A DNA stretch of 64,000 nt from Clostridia bacterium (GCA_017623475.1 JAGAPC010000017.1:37375-101374); one strand, 5' to 3'. Positions 30,263-41,841 are shown, counted from the first letter of the stretch. The notes: generated by a model not told the origin, from the sequence alone. Program-made: numbers and translations.

Positions 30263-31423
30263 TTATGCTAAAAACGAAAGGATCAAGCCCCCGGCGATGA
30301 CCGACGCCACCTGACCGGAGACGTTGACGCCGATGGCGTGCATGAGAAGGAAGTTTTGATCGTCCTCCGCAAGTCCCATTTTGTTGACTACCCGTCCTGC
30401 CATGGGGAAGGCGGAAATCCCGGCAGCCCCGATCATGGGATTGATCTTGTTTTTCAGGAACAGGTTCATGATCTTGGCGATCATGATTCCGCCGAAGGTG
30501 TCGAAGATAAAGGCGAACAGCCCCAAGCCCATAATCAGCAGGGTTTCCCAGCGTAAAAATTCGCCTGCCTTCATCTGGAAGGCGATGGTTATGCCCAGGA
30601 AAATGGTGATCAGATTGGCAAGAACCTTCTGCGCCGTTTCGGACAGGGAATTGAGAACGCCGCATTCCCGAATCAGGTTTCCGAACATCAAAAATCCGAT
30701 GAGGGAAACGGCGTCGGGCGCGACGAAGCCAACGATGATGGTAACGATGATGGGGAACAAGATTCGGGTGGTTTTGGAAACGTCCCGCGCCCCCGAATCG
30801 TCCATGCGGATCAGCCGTTCCTTCTTGGTGGTGCAAGCCTTGATGACCACCGGCTGAATGAGGGGAACCAGCGCCATATACGAATAGGCGGCGACCATAA
30901 TGGCGGCAAGGTAGCCGGAATTCAGCGTCTGCGCCACGAAAATGGCGGTCGGTCCGTCGGCAGCGCCGATGATGGCGATGGACGCGGCGTCGTTTAAGTC
31001 AAATCCGACGAAGGATGCCAGGCACAGGGTGAAGAAGATCCCGAACTGTGCGGCGGCGCCGAAAAGCATATATTTGGGGTTGCGCAGCAACGGTCCGAAG
31101 TCGATCATCGCTCCGATGCCGATAAAGAGGATCAGAGGCATGAGCTCTCCGTTGTCGATCCCGATCTGGAACAACCGTTCCAGGGTGTGGAAGGCGCCGT
31201 TTTGCGCCACCGCTTCTCCGCCCACCATTTCAATTCCGGGCAGATTGACTAAAATTGCGCCGAATCCCATGGGTAAAAGCAGGGTGGGCTCCATCTCCTT
31301 CTTAATGGCAAGATAGATCAGAACGCCGCCGATGATCCACATGACGATCTGTTTGACGATCAGCATCGGATCTGCCTGCATTTGCTCGATGATCGGTGCA
31401 AATAAATCCAAAATAATATCCAT
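30263..31423 (-). CDS. oadB: Sodium ion-translocating decarboxylase beta subunit (OadB/GcdB/MmdB family)
   Basis: 386 aa polytopic protein. The N-terminus ..IVMWIIGGVLIYLAIKKEMEPTLLLPMGFGAILVNLP and FIGIGAMIDFGPLL are typical of beta subunits. Confidence 0.9.
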   Translation of the reverse strand: MDIILDLFAPIIEQMQADPMLIVKQIVMWIIGGVLIYLAIKKEMEPTLLLPMGFGAILVNLPGIEMVGGEAVAQNGAFHTLERLFQIGIDNGELMPLILFIGIGAMIDFGPLLRNPKYMLFGAAAQFGIFFTLCLASFVGFDLNDAASIAIIGAADGPTAIFVAQTLNSGYLAAIMVAAYSYMALVPLIQPVVIKACTTKKERLIRMDDSGARDVSKTTRILFPIIVTIIVGFVAPDAVSLIGFLMFGNLIRECGVLNSLSETAQKVLANLITIFLGITIAFQMKAGEFLRWETLLIMGLGLFAFIFDTFGGIMIAKIMNLFLKNKINPMIGAAGISAFPMAGRVVNKMGLAEDDQNFLLMHAIGVNVSGQVASVIAGGLILSFLA

Positions 31424-31467
31424 TTGGGTTCTCCTTTGTTTTTTCCGTGTCGTGGAAACCGTTTCAA

Positions 31468-31496
31468 ATTATAGCATACTTTTCGGAGATAGTCAA
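31468..31496 (-). promoter_or_regulatory. Sigma-A promoter for oadB
   Basis: Minus strand: TTGACT, 17 nt spacer, TATAAT. Confidence 0.55.
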
Positions 31497-31526
31497 GTAA
31501 AAAAATTGCTTTTTTCTACAAAATCC

Positions 31527-33398
31527 TTAACCCTCGAAGATGACCCCGGACATGGGCGGGAGGGTGAGGGATTTATCGAAGCGCTTTTTGGTAATCAGGT
31601 CGGTGCGGGGGGCTTGAAGATCCACGGTCCGTTCCTTTTGTCCGCAGTTGACCGCCACCGTCACCGGCTGATGCACGCCGTCCTGCCGTCGGTAGATGAC
31701 AAGCCCCTGTTGGGCAAAGAGGATCTTCAGATCTCCTTCCCGGAAGACCGGGTGCTTTTGGCGGATTTTCCCCAGGGTTGCAATCAATTTTTGCAGGCGC
31801 GCGTCTTCCTTGCCCCAGGGGTAAAATTGACGGTTCAAGGGGTCGTGTCCCCCCTCCATGCCCGCCTCGTCGCCGTAATAAACCGAGGGGATCCCGGGAA
31901 GGGTAAACATCAGAATATCCGCCACCGTCAGACGCTTTTTCGCCTCTGCCAACTGTTGCGCGTCCAGGGTTAACGCCACCTGCTTTGCCGGATCCTTGGG
32001 CAGGTTGATTCCGCTTAACACCGTCAGAATCCGGGGCGTGTCGTGGGTTCCGATGAGGTTCATGGCGCAGTGAAGCCCGCAGGGGGGATAATTCTCCAAA
32101 AGTCCGTGGAGGCGCTCGGAAAATTCGTCGCTGTCGCCGGTAAGAACGAAGGCGAGAATGGCGTCTTTCAAGACGTAATTCATCACGCCGTCCAGCTGAT
32201 CTCCCAAAAGGTATTTCCGCCGAAGTCCGTAGGATTCCTTGTTGGTGGCGTCCTCCCAAACCTCGCCGATGAACAAAGCGTCGGGGTTTTCTTCCTTGAT
32301 CGCCCGATGAGAGGCTTCCAGAAAATCGTCGGGGATCTCGTCTGCTACGTCAAAGCGCCAGCCGTCGGCACCTGCGCGGATCCAACGGCGTAAAATCCCG
32401 TCTTTCCCGGTAATATATTCCATATAGTCCGGATTGGATTCATCCACCTCCGGCAGTAATTTAATGCCCCACCAGGCGGTGTAGTCCTCCGGCCAGCGGT
32501 TGAACTTGAACCAGGGATAATAGGGGGATTTTTTGGACTGATACGCCCCTTGGTTGGGGTACGTTCCGTACTTGTTGAAGTAGATGCTGTCTTCCCCCGT
32601 GTGGCTGAACACCCCGTCCAGCATGACCTTGATGCCTCGCTTATGGGCGGCGGCGCAGAGGGATCTGAAATCCTGTTCCGTTCCCAAAAAAGGGTCGATT
32701 TTTTCGTAATTTGCCGTATCGTAGCGGTGGTTGGAATGGGCTTCAAAGATGGGATTCAGATACAAGGCGGTAACGCCCAATCCCTTGAGATAATCCAAAT
32801 TTTCCTCAATGCCCCTTAGATTTCCGCCGAAAAAGTCGGTGGTGTCAAGATCGCCGTTTTCTTCCCGCTTCCAGGTGGGCAATTCGCCGGGGGTGCGCAA
32901 TTTGGCGTATTTCTTTTCTTCGGGCAGGATCTGTTTCCCGGCGCGGAAAAAGCGGTCGGGGAAAATCTGATAAAACGTTCCCCCCGCCCAGCCCTTGGGG
33001 ATTTTCGCGGTGTCGTCATAGACCGTAACCTGCCACGCCGACGGATTCTGCCGTCCGCAAACGGGATTGTTTTTTGCGTCCCTGCCGTAAATTTTTACGC
33101 CGTCCCCCGTCTCCATGCGGAAGGTGTACCAATACACCCCTGCCGCTTCCGGTGTGACGGTTGTCGTCCAGCGTTGGTACTGACGGATATTTTCTGCAAA
33201 TGCAAAGGGGATCTCCGCTGCCTTTTCCCCATCCTTGGAAAACCAAAGGGTGACGTTTTGGGGACGTTCTCCCCGGGGAATCAACAGAGAAAACGACAAC
33301 GCCGTTCCCCGGGAGATTGCTCCGGTAGGGGAACGGTAAAAGGGGTTACGGGAGTCAAAAACGACTCCCGTTTGTCGGTCGGAAATCGGCGGAATCAC
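31527..33398 (-). CDS. GH13 alpha-glycosidase (neopullulanase/cyclomaltodextrinase/debranching-like), last gene of the glycogen operon
   Basis: GH13 conserved regions DGVFSHTG, GWRFDVADE, GEVWED and IGTHD. N-terminal E-set-like domain. Start overlaps the glgP stop by 4 nt. Confidence 0.85.
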   Translation of the reverse strand: MIPPISDRQTGVVFDSRNPFYRSPTGAISRGTALSFSLLIPRGERPQNVTLWFSKDGEKAAEIPFAFAENIRQYQRWTTTVTPEAAGVYWYTFRMETGDGVKIYGRDAKNNPVCGRQNPSAWQVTVYDDTAKIPKGWAGGTFYQIFPDRFFRAGKQILPEEKKYAKLRTPGELPTWKREENGDLDTTDFFGGNLRGIEENLDYLKGLGVTALYLNPIFEAHSNHRYDTANYEKIDPFLGTEQDFRSLCAAAHKRGIKVMLDGVFSHTGEDSIYFNKYGTYPNQGAYQSKKSPYYPWFKFNRWPEDYTAWWGIKLLPEVDESNPDYMEYITGKDGILRRWIRAGADGWRFDVADEIPDDFLEASHRAIKEENPDALFIGEVWEDATNKESYGLRRKYLLGDQLDGVMNYVLKDAILAFVLTGDSDEFSERLHGLLENYPPCGLHCAMNLIGTHDTPRILTVLSGINLPKDPAKQVALTLDAQQLAEAKKRLTVADILMFTLPGIPSVYYGDEAGMEGGHDPLNRQFYPWGKEDARLQKLIATLGKIRQKHPVFREGDLKILFAQQGLVIYRRQDGVHQPVTVAVNCGQKERTVDLQAPRTDLITKKRFDKSLTLPPMSGVIFEG

Positions 33399-35836
33399 TT
33401 GGTTTCCTCCAGAGGCTTGACGTTCCAGATGTCTTGGGCGTAATCCCGAATGCTTCGGTCGGAGGAGAAGAACCCTGCCTTGGCGATGTTGACCAGGGAT
33501 TTGCGGTTCCAGGAGGTCTTGTCGGTGGCGTATTCGCTGCCGATGACGCTCTGGATCTGACGGTAGGATTCAAAATCCGCTAAATTCATATAAGGATCGG
33601 AGAAGCGGCTGTCCATGGTCAGGCTGTCTGCCAGATCGGCAAAGGATTCTCCGCCGATGCCGCTGCGCATGGTGTCGATGATCCGACGGATGCGGGAGTT
33701 GGAGTTATAATAATCCAAGGGACGGTATCCCCGACGGTACAGATCCGCCACCTCCTCGGTACGAAGCCCGAACAGGAAGATATTTTCGTCCCCCACCTCC
33801 CGGTGGATTTCCACGTTGGCGCCGTCCAGGGTTCCCACGGTCAAAGCGCCGTTGATCATCAGCTTCATGTTCCCCGTGCCGCTGGCTTCGGTTCCCGCCT
33901 GGGAGATCTGCTCCGAAACGTCGGCGGCAGGCATGAGGTATTCCGCCATGGTGACCCGATAATTTTCCGCAAAAATTACCCGGAGCTTTTGGTTGACCGC
34001 AGGATCGCTGTTAATCATTTTCGCGATGGACGAAATGAACATGATGATCCGCTTTGCCATATAGTAGCCGGAGGCTGCCTTTGCGGCAAACAGGAAGGTC
34101 TTGGGGGTAAATTCCATATCCGGATTGTCTTTCAGATCCAAATAGAGAGACAAAATGTGCATGGCGTTCAAAAGCTGCCGCTTGTATTCGTGCAGGCGCT
34201 TGACCTGAACGTCCAGCATCAGATCCGGGTCGGGCAGAACGGTGCAGCCCTCCCGCTTTAAAAATTTTGCAAAGCGTTCTTTGTTTTCCCGTTTGATCTT
34301 TGCCAACTGCTCCAGCACCTGAGCGTCGTCTTTATATTTGAGGAAATCGATCATTTTCGACGCGTCGCGAATAAAGCCGTCGCCGATACATTCCTTCAAA
34401 AGGTCGGTCAGCCCCGGGTTGGACTGACACAGCCACCGCCGATGGTCGATGCCGTTGGTGACGTTGGTAAACTTGCCGGGATAAACGTCGTTGAAATCCT
34501 TGAAGACCCGATCCTTTAAGATTTGGGAGTGCAACGCGGAAACGCCGTTGACCTTCCCCGAACCGATGACCGAAAGATTTGCCATACGGACGGAGGAGTT
34601 GGCAAGAATCGCCATGCGGGAGATCTTATCCCAATCGCCGTTGGTCTTTTGGAACATTTCGTCACAGAAACGGCGGTTGATCTCCTTAACGATGGAGTGG
34701 ATGCGGGGCAAAATTGCCTGGAAGGTGGCTTCGCTCCAGGTTTCCAACGCTTCGGACATGACGGTATGGTTGGTGTAGTTGATGGTTCTGCAAACGATAT
34801 CCCAGGATTCGTCCCAGCCGTAACCGCATTCGTCGATGAAAATGCGCATCAGCTCGGGAATACAGAGGGAGGGATGGGTATCGTTGATGTGAATGACCGC
34901 CTTTTCGGGCAGAGTTTTCAGATTTCCGAATTTTGCAAGGTGGGTCTTGATGATGTTCTGCAACGCGGCGGAAACCAGGAAATACTGCTGGCGCAGGCGC
35001 AGAGATTTCCCCTGCAGATGATTGTCGGGGGGATAAAGAATTTTGGAGATCATCTCGGCGTTGGTGTTTTCTTCCGCGGCGCGGATATAATCCCCTTGGG
35101 AGAACAGATTCATATCCACGGGATTTTTCGCCGTCGCCTTCCACAGACGCAGGCGGCTGACCCCCGTCGTATCGTGACCGGGGATCATCAGATCGTAGGG
35201 CGTTGCCCGGATTACGTCGGCGTTGTAATGATGAACCACTAACCGTCCGTTTTCCCAGGATTCCTCAATATGACCGCCCAGGGGAACGTCCACCGCCTCG
35301 TCCAGACGGGGGGAGAGCCATACCTCTCCCATAGGAAGCCAATTATCGGTCAGCTCCATCTGCCAGCCGTCCACGATCTTTTGCTTGAACATTCCCAGCT
35401 CGTAGCAAATGCTGTGCCCGGTGGCAAGGTAATTGCCCGACGCCATCGATTCCATAAAGCACGCCGCCAGCCGTCCCAAGCCCCCGTTGCCCAAGCCGGC
35501 GTCGGGTTCGAGACGGTATAAATCGATGGGGCGAAGGTTGTATTCCTTCAGCGCTTCGGCGAAAATATCTTCTCCGAAAAGGGAAAATACGCAATTTTTC
35601 AGGCTTCTGCCCAACAGAAATTCCATGCACATATAGTACACTTGCTTTCCGTCTTTTTCTTCCACCTCTTTTTCAAAGGCGCGGCGCTTGCGAACCGCTT
35701 CGTCCCGTGCGACGGTAATGGCGCATTTGTAGATCTGCTCCAGGTCTGCGTTGTTCGGATCCGTTCCGTAATAACGCAAGAGGTTGTCGTTGATCCGCCG
35801 GTTCAGCTCCGCGGCGGTAATGGTCTGTGATTTCAT
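33395..35836 (-). CDS. glgP: Glycogen/maltodextrin phosphorylase (GT35)
   Basis: Motifs GLGNGGLGRLAACF and EASGTGNMK (PLP lysine). Start taken at MKSQTITAAEL (ATG 35836). Confidence 0.95.
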   Translation of the reverse strand: MKSQTITAAELNRRINDNLLRYYGTDPNNADLEQIYKCAITVARDEAVRKRRAFEKEVEEKDGKQVYYMCMEFLLGRSLKNCVFSLFGEDIFAEALKEYNLRPIDLYRLEPDAGLGNGGLGRLAACFMESMASGNYLATGHSICYELGMFKQKIVDGWQMELTDNWLPMGEVWLSPRLDEAVDVPLGGHIEESWENGRLVVHHYNADVIRATPYDLMIPGHDTTGVSRLRLWKATAKNPVDMNLFSQGDYIRAAEENTNAEMISKILYPPDNHLQGKSLRLRQQYFLVSAALQNIIKTHLAKFGNLKTLPEKAVIHINDTHPSLCIPELMRIFIDECGYGWDESWDIVCRTINYTNHTVMSEALETWSEATFQAILPRIHSIVKEINRRFCDEMFQKTNGDWDKISRMAILANSSVRMANLSVIGSGKVNGVSALHSQILKDRVFKDFNDVYPGKFTNVTNGIDHRRWLCQSNPGLTDLLKECIGDGFIRDASKMIDFLKYKDDAQVLEQLAKIKRENKERFAKFLKREGCTVLPDPDLMLDVQVKRLHEYKRQLLNAMHILSLYLDLKDNPDMEFTPKTFLFAAKAASGYYMAKRIIMFISSIAKMINSDPAVNQKLRVIFAENYRVTMAEYLMPAADVSEQISQAGTEASGTGNMKLMINGALTVGTLDGANVEIHREVGDENIFLFGLRTEEVADLYRRGYRPLDYYNSNSRIRRIIDTMRSGIGGESFADLADSLTMDSRFSDPYMNLADFESYRQIQSVIGSEYATDKTSWNRKSLVNIAKAGFFSSDRSIRDYAQDIWNVKPLEETK

Positions 35837-35986
35837 GAAGTACCTGCTTTCATCGGTTGATTTATAGAAAGGGAAAAACAGGGATTTTCCCCTAACGTGC
35901 AAGGAGATCCGGAATAAAATTCCTTCGTGCTGTAGGGTAGGGAGTCGGGAGTCAGCACTCCTCCCGACTCCCAAGGAGGAGGGGGA

Positions 35987-37411
35987 TTATTCGAGAAGTG
36001 AGTTGTACATCGCCATGTACTGCTTTGCGGAGGCGTCCCAGGAGAAATCGCATTTCAGCGCCCGAACCAACAGAGTTCTCCACGCTTTTTTGTCTTGGTA
36101 CAGCGCCACGGCACGCTCGATGGCGGATAACATTTCGTGGGCGTTGTAGTTGTCAAAGGTAAAACCGTTTCCGCCCAGGGAAGCGTCGAAGACCGAGTCT
36201 TTCAAGCCGCCGGTTCTCCGAACGATGGGGGCAGCACCGTAGCGGCACGCCACCATTTGAACCAATCCGCAGGGCTCGCTCTGGGAGGGCATGAGGATAA
36301 TATCGGCAGAGCCGTAGATTCGGGACGCCAGATGGCTGTTAAAGTCGATGGTAACCGACATTTTATCGGGATATTGCTCCCGAATGTTGGTCAGCGCCGT
36401 TTCGTATTCCGCGTCTCCCGTGCCCAGAACGACGAATTGCAGGGGCAGGTGGAGAATGTCGTGAATCACCCGCAGGATCAGATCCAGCCCCTTGTGGGAG
36501 ACCAGCCGGGAAATGATCCCGATCATGGGGATGTCCTTGTTGATCGGCAAGCCCAGATCCTTTTGCAGATCCAACTTGTTTTTCACCTTTTGCGCCGGGG
36601 TGCGGGCAGAGAAGGGATGCAGCAGCGCCTTGTCGGTCATGGGATCGTAGCGGACGGTGTCGATGCCGTTGAGGATTCCCGTCAGTTTGCCCTGATTGCG
36701 GGACAGGATCCCTTCCAGCCCGTGGGCGTAATAGGCGTAGAGAATTTCTTCCGCGTAGGTGGGGGAGACGGTGGAAACCTTGTCTGCCGTCTCAACGGCG
36801 CCCTTCATCAGATTCAGCGATCCGTTGAATTCCGAAAGATAAGCGGATTCGTCGGGGATATTGAACAGATCCCCGTGGCGGTCGAGATCAAAAATACCCT
36901 GATACTGAATATTGTGGATGGTAAAGACGGTTTTTATCCCTTTGTATTCGGGCAGCGGGGCGTATCGGGTGCGGTACAGGATGGGAACCAACGCCGTGTG
37001 CCAATCGTGGGCGTGGAGAATTTCGGGGTAAAATCCTACGTAGGGCAGGATCTCCAGGCAGGCGGTGGAGAAAAAGGCAAACCGTTCTCCGTCGTCAAAT
37101 TCTCCGTACAGGCGGTTGCCCCGCTTGAAGTAGTATTCGTTGTCGATAAAATACCAGGTAACGCCTTCTTCCTTTAATTCGAAAATTCCGCAATATTGAT
37201 TCCGCCAGCCTACGGGGATTTCGATACTGCGCAGGAAGGTCATTTTGCTCCGTTGCTCTTCCGAGATCTTTCCGTACAGGGGCAGAACCACCCGAACGTC
37301 GTTTTCCTCGTACTTCGCAAGGGTTTTCGGTAACGCTCCGATGACGTCTCCCAATCCGCCGGAAAGGGCAAAGGGGAAGGCTTCGGATGCGGTGAATAAG
37401 ATTTTTGCCAT
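35987..37411 (-). CDS. glgA: Glycogen synthase (GT5)
   Basis: MAKILFTASEAFPFALSGGLGDV is a canonical GlgA N-terminus (KxGGL variant); SQSEPCGL motif. Confidence 0.95.
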   Translation of the reverse strand: MAKILFTASEAFPFALSGGLGDVIGALPKTLAKYEENDVRVVLPLYGKISEEQRSKMTFLRSIEIPVGWRNQYCGIFELKEEGVTWYFIDNEYYFKRGNRLYGEFDDGERFAFFSTACLEILPYVGFYPEILHAHDWHTALVPILYRTRYAPLPEYKGIKTVFTIHNIQYQGIFDLDRHGDLFNIPDESAYLSEFNGSLNLMKGAVETADKVSTVSPTYAEEILYAYYAHGLEGILSRNQGKLTGILNGIDTVRYDPMTDKALLHPFSARTPAQKVKNKLDLQKDLGLPINKDIPMIGIISRLVSHKGLDLILRVIHDILHLPLQFVVLGTGDAEYETALTNIREQYPDKMSVTIDFNSHLASRIYGSADIILMPSQSEPCGLVQMVACRYGAAPIVRRTGGLKDSVFDASLGGNGFTFDNYNAHEMLSAIERAVALYQDKKAWRTLLVRALKCDFSWDASAKQYMAMYNSLLE

Positions 37412-37435
37412 AATTACGTCCTTTCGTTCGGGAAA

Positions 37436-38554
37436 TCAGACCCGGCTTCCTTTTTCAACGACGATGGGGTAGGTGGGGGCTCCGGACAAATTCCGATTGG
37501 GGGAAACGTAACTTCCCTTGTCAATGATGGCGCAATCGACCGTAGAGCCTTCCGCCACCGTAACGCCCTGCATCAGCAGGGAATTCCGCACCACGGCACC
37601 CTTTGCCACGTAAACGCCTCTTCCCAAAATGGAATTTTCCACCGTTCCTTCGATGCGGCATCCGTTGGCGATCAGGGAATTGCTTGCCTTTGCTTCGGGG
37701 GCGTAGAAGACGGGGGATTCGTCGTGAACCTTCGTGTAAATGGGGCGTTCTCTGGGGAACAGCTCCCGACGGACGTCTGCGTTTAAAAGCGCCATGCCCG
37801 CCCGATAATAGCCGGGAACGGAGCGAACCTGCTCCACGAAGCCGTCAAAGCCGTAGCCTAAAATCTTCCAATCTTGGCAGCGCTGTCCCAAAACGTCCCG
37901 TTCCAGGCTTTGCTTTCCGGTATTTTGGGCGTCGTCGATGATCCGAACCAAAAGATCCTTTTTCATCACCCAGATCCCCAGGGAATTGTTGACGTTGCCC
38001 TCCGACGTGCGGGGGTCTGCCAATACTGCCTGAATCCGTCCTTCGCCGTCAATTTCGTACAAGACCCGATCCTTCGCGTTCTTTTCCTTCAGATCCACGT
38101 TCTGATAAACGCAGGTAACGTCGGCGTCGTTTTCCTCGTGATATTCCAAAACCTTCGCAAGGTCGATGTTGAGGATCACGTTACTGTCTGCCAATACGGC
38201 GTATTCTTCCCTTGCCCGGACGATGTAGCTCAATACGGTTTTCAGCGCCTCCAACCGTCCGTGGTAAAGACCTGCGCCGGCGGTGGCGTAGGGCGGGAAA
38301 ATGGTCAATCCCCCGAATTTTCGGGAAAGATCCCATTCCTTCCCCGATCCCAAATGATGTACCAGGGAATGATAATTATTCCGGGCGATGACGCCCACGG
38401 AGGAGATGCCCGAATTGACCATGTTGGAAAGGATAAAGTCGATCAACCGATAGCGTCCTCCCATCGGGACTGCCCCCAAGGTGCGGTTTTGGGTCAGCTG
38501 GGGCAGGGCGTCGTCGTGAATGTTTGCAAAAATAATACCGAAAGCATTAGCCAT
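37436..38554 (-). CDS. glgD: Glucose-1-phosphate adenylyltransferase regulatory subunit GlgD
   Basis: ADP-Glc pyrophosphorylase fold lacking the GGxGxRL loop ([12 protein letters not shown]...), located directly after glgC as in Firmicutes. Confidence 0.9.
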   Translation of the reverse strand: MANAFGIIFANIHDDALPQLTQNRTLGAVPMGGRYRLIDFILSNMVNSGISSVGVIARNNYHSLVHHLGSGKEWDLSRKFGGLTIFPPYATAGAGLYHGRLEALKTVLSYIVRAREEYAVLADSNVILNIDLAKVLEYHEENDADVTCVYQNVDLKEKNAKDRVLYEIDGEGRIQAVLADPRTSEGNVNNSLGIWVMKKDLLVRIIDDAQNTGKQSLERDVLGQRCQDWKILGYGFDGFVEQVRSVPGYYRAGMALLNADVRRELFPRERPIYTKVHDESPVFYAPEAKASNSLIANGCRIEGTVENSILGRGVYVAKGAVVRNSLLMQGVTVAEGSTVDCAIIDKGSYVSPNRNLSGAPTYPIVVEKGSRV

Positions 38555-39764
38555 TGTTCGTACCTTCTTTCTTCGTCTCTTCCCGGTCGATGATCTCGCC
38601 GGCGGGAACGGTCTCCTTTTCGTTGACGGTGCAGCCCGGACCGACTACGGTGATGGTGGGGGTATCGCCCTTGGCAGGTGCGCCGACGACGGCACCCTTT
38701 CGGATGACGGCGCCCTCGCCGATGATGGCGTTATAGACCTTTGCCCCCGCTTCGACTACGGCGTGCTGCATGATGACCGAGCCGTAAATTTCCGAATCTT
38801 CCTTTAGGTCCACTTTGTAGGAAACCACGGAATCTTCCACTTTTCCGCAGATGCTTCCCCCTTCGGACACGATGGAATTTTTGATGGACGCCTTATTGCC
38901 GGTGTAGTGAGGCGGCGATACAGGGTTTCGGGCGTAGATCTTCCATTCCGGATCGTTGATCTTCAGCTGATCGGGGTGGAAGATCAGATCCACGTTCGCT
39001 TCCCACAGGCTGTCGATGGTTCCCACGTCCTTCCAATAGCCGTGGAAGGAATAGGCGAAGAGATTTTGTCCGTCGCCCAGCATGGCGGGGATGATATTCT
39101 TCCCGAAATCGTTGGACGAGGCGGGATCGGCTTCGTCCCGTTCCAGGTACTCCTTCAGTTTGCTCCATTTGAAAATGTAAATACCCATGGACGCCTGGTT
39201 GGATTTGGGCTGCGCCGGTTTTTCCTGGAACTCGGTAATTCTGCCTTCCTCGTCGGTGGCAAGGATTCCGAATCGGGACGCTTCCTCCCAGGGTACGTCG
39301 ATGACCGCCACGGTGGCGTCGGCGTTGGCGCGCTCGTGGGCCTCCAGCATTTTGGAGTAGTCCATGGTGTAAATGTGGTCGCCGGACAGGATCAGAACGT
39401 GCTCCGGATCGTACTGCTCAATGAAGGGGAAGTTCTGATAAATGGCGTTTGCCGTTCCCTTGTACCAATCGGCGCCGGAATTCTGCTGATAGGGGGGAAG
39501 CACGTAAACGCCCCCGTACAGACGGTCCAAATCCCAGGGATCTCCGGTGCGGATGTAGCGGTTCAGCACCAGGGGCTGGTATTGGGTCAGTACTCCGACG
39601 ACGGTAATATCGGAGTTGATGCAGTTGGACAGGGGGAAATCGATGATGCGAAACTTCGCTCCGAAGGGAACGGCAGGCTTTGCCACGTTTTTGGTCAAAA
39701 CCTTCAGGCGGCTGCCCTGCCCTCCTGCAAGGAGCATTGCGATACATTTTTTCTTCTGGATCAT
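38547..39764 (-). CDS. glgC: Glucose-1-phosphate adenylyltransferase
   Basis: [13 protein letters not shown] and [14 protein letters not shown] motifs plus a left-handed beta-helix C-terminus. Confidence 0.95.
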   Translation of the reverse strand: MIQKKKCIAMLLAGGQGSRLKVLTKNVAKPAVPFGAKFRIIDFPLSNCINSDITVVGVLTQYQPLVLNRYIRTGDPWDLDRLYGGVYVLPPYQQNSGADWYKGTANAIYQNFPFIEQYDPEHVLILSGDHIYTMDYSKMLEAHERANADATVAVIDVPWEEASRFGILATDEEGRITEFQEKPAQPKSNQASMGIYIFKWSKLKEYLERDEADPASSNDFGKNIIPAMLGDGQNLFAYSFHGYWKDVGTIDSLWEANVDLIFHPDQLKINDPEWKIYARNPVSPPHYTGNKASIKNSIVSEGGSICGKVEDSVVSYKVDLKEDSEIYGSVIMQHAVVEAGAKVYNAIIGEGAVIRKGAVVGAPAKGDTPTITVVGPGCTVNEKETVPAGEIIDREETKKEGTNNG

Positions 39765-39865
39765 TGTGAGACCCTCCTCTTGTTGTGTCTGTTTGAAATT
39801 TATGCCTCGGTTCCGCCGGTCGGGGTTTTCTCTCTGTCTCTCGGTCGGTTTCGCCGGATGGTGCG

Positions 39866-41800
39866 TTAGGATTGTTTCAATTTTCCCGAAGCCTTTCGGG
39901 GAGCTTTTTCTTTTGCTCCGATGCGGGGGATCGGAGGGGCGGCTTTCCGCTTTAATACCACGGCGCCCAAGGGGGGTACGGTCAGCTGGGCGGAATATTC
40001 CCGTCCGTGCCAGGGAATCGGCTCGGTAACGGGATTGGAGATCTCAAACCCCCAACCGCCGAATTCTGCTCGGTCGGAATTGAAGATAATTTCGTAAGTG
40101 CCGCCGTCGGGAAGCCCGAATCGGTAATTTTCCCACCGCTGGGGGGAGAAGTTGACGGCGACGACTAATTCCTCTTCTCTGCATCGGCGGATAAACACCA
40201 CCACGTTGTTCCGGTTATCGTCGGGGGAGATCCACTCAAACCCCTCGGGGGAGCAATCTTCCTCCCACAACGCCGGGTGCGCTAAATAAAACAGGTTGAC
40301 CGCGCGGGTAAAATCCTTGAGCTTCCGATGGGGCTCGTAATCGAGCATAAACCATTCCAGCTCGTGCTCAAAATCCCATTCCCGGAAGGGGCCGTATTCG
40401 CTTCCCATAAAGAGCAGTTTTTTGCCCGGATGGGTGTACATATAACTCAAAAATGCCCGGAATCCGCCAAACTTATTTTCGTAAGGTCCGGGGAATTTAT
40501 CCAACAAGGATTTTTTGCCGTGTACCACTTCATCGTGGGAGATGGGCAAAACGTAATTTTCCGAAAAAGCGTACATGAACGAAAAAGTCAGGTTGTTGTG
40601 ATGATCCTTGCGGAAGAAGGGATCCAGTTCGATATAATCCATCATATCGTTCATCCAGCCCATATTCCACTTAAAATTGAACCCCAGCCCCCCTTGATCC
40701 GGGTCTTTGGTCACCTTTGGCCAAGAGGTGGATTCTTCGGCGATCATCAAAACATCGGGAAGACGGGAATGGACGGTGGAATTGAGTTTTTGCAAAAATG
40801 CCACCGCTTCTTTGTTTTCGTCGGTGCCCTCGGCGTTTTTGACCTCAAAATCTTTCCCGAAACTTAAATAAAGCATGGACGTGACCGCATCCACCCGAAG
40901 TCCGTCGATGTGGTATTGTTCCAGCCAGAACAACGCCGAGGAAATCAAGAACGATTGCACTTCCGGTCTGCCGTAGTCGAAGACCACCGTACCCCATTGG
41001 GGCTGCTCCCGCTTTTCGTGGGATTTGTATTCGTATTGAAATTCTCCGTCAAAGCGGTAAAGCCCGTGGGCATCTTTCGGATAGTGGGACGGAACCCAGT
41101 CCAAAATGACCCCGATGCCTTGTTTGTGACACTCGTCCACGAAATACATCAGATCGTGGGGTGTTCCGAAGCGGGAGGTGGGCGAAAAATAACTGCAGCA
41201 TTGATATCCCCAGGATTCTTCCAGGGGATGCTCGGTAATGGGGAGAAGCTCGATATGGGTATATCCCATTTCCCGTGCGTAGGGGATCAGTTCTTCCGCC
41301 ATTTTTCGGTAAGAAAAAGGATTGCCGTCGGCGTATCTCCGCCAAGAGCCGGCGTGAACTTCGTAAATATTCATCGGTTCCCGATAGGGGTTGGATTTTT
41401 TGCGGCTTTTCATCCACATTCCGTCGCCCCATGGGTATCCGTCGGGATCAAAGATCCGGGATTCGGTCTCCACGCCTGTCCCTGCGTGGAAGGCGTAGGG
41501 GTCCGCCTTATCGAAAACCTCTCCCTGCTTGGAGACGATGTGGAATTTGTATTTGTCGTAAATCTTTACGCCGGGAACGAAGCCCTCCCAAATGCCTTTT
41601 TCCAAGGACATGGGATTAGCACCGGGATCCCAGCCGTTGAACGAGCCGATGACCGATACGGAGGCGGCGTTGTCCGCCCAGACCCGAAAGGTAAAGCCCT
41701 CCACACCCTCCGAAACCGCGGGATGGGCGCCGAAAAAACGGTAGCTTTCGAAATTCGTTCCCTGACGGAACAGATAAACGGGAAGATCTTGCACAGGCAT
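39866..41800 (-). CDS. glgB: 1,4-alpha-glucan branching enzyme
   Basis: CBM48 plus GH13 motifs (DWVPSH, GLRVDAV, AEEST). Start taken at [11 protein letters not shown] (ATG 41800) downstream of the promoter. Confidence 0.95.
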   Translation of the reverse strand: MPVQDLPVYLFRQGTNFESYRFFGAHPAVSEGVEGFTFRVWADNAASVSVIGSFNGWDPGANPMSLEKGIWEGFVPGVKIYDKYKFHIVSKQGEVFDKADPYAFHAGTGVETESRIFDPDGYPWGDGMWMKSRKKSNPYREPMNIYEVHAGSWRRYADGNPFSYRKMAEELIPYAREMGYTHIELLPITEHPLEESWGYQCCSYFSPTSRFGTPHDLMYFVDECHKQGIGVILDWVPSHYPKDAHGLYRFDGEFQYEYKSHEKREQPQWGTVVFDYGRPEVQSFLISSALFWLEQYHIDGLRVDAVTSMLYLSFGKDFEVKNAEGTDENKEAVAFLQKLNSTVHSRLPDVLMIAEESTSWPKVTKDPDQGGLGFNFKWNMGWMNDMMDYIELDPFFRKDHHNNLTFSFMYAFSENYVLPISHDEVVHGKKSLLDKFPGPYENKFGGFRAFLSYMYTHPGKKLLFMGSEYGPFREWDFEHELEWFMLDYEPHRKLKDFTRAVNLFYLAHPALWEEDCSPEGFEWISPDDNRNNVVVFIRRCREEELVVAVNFSPQRWENYRFGLPDGGTYEIIFNSDRAEFGGWGFEISNPVTEPIPWHGREYSAQLTVPPLGAVVLKRKAAPPIPRIGAKEKAPRKASGKLKQS

Positions 41801-41841
41801 AGTTCGGACTCCTTTCACAGACCTTTGGCGTAAAACACCCT

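Noticed and set aside
31527-41800. The glycogen operon as something unusual.
   Set aside because: The glgB-glgC-glgD-glgA-glgP order plus a GH13 enzyme, with overlapping stops and starts, is a standard Firmicute arrangement. It was recorded as features only.
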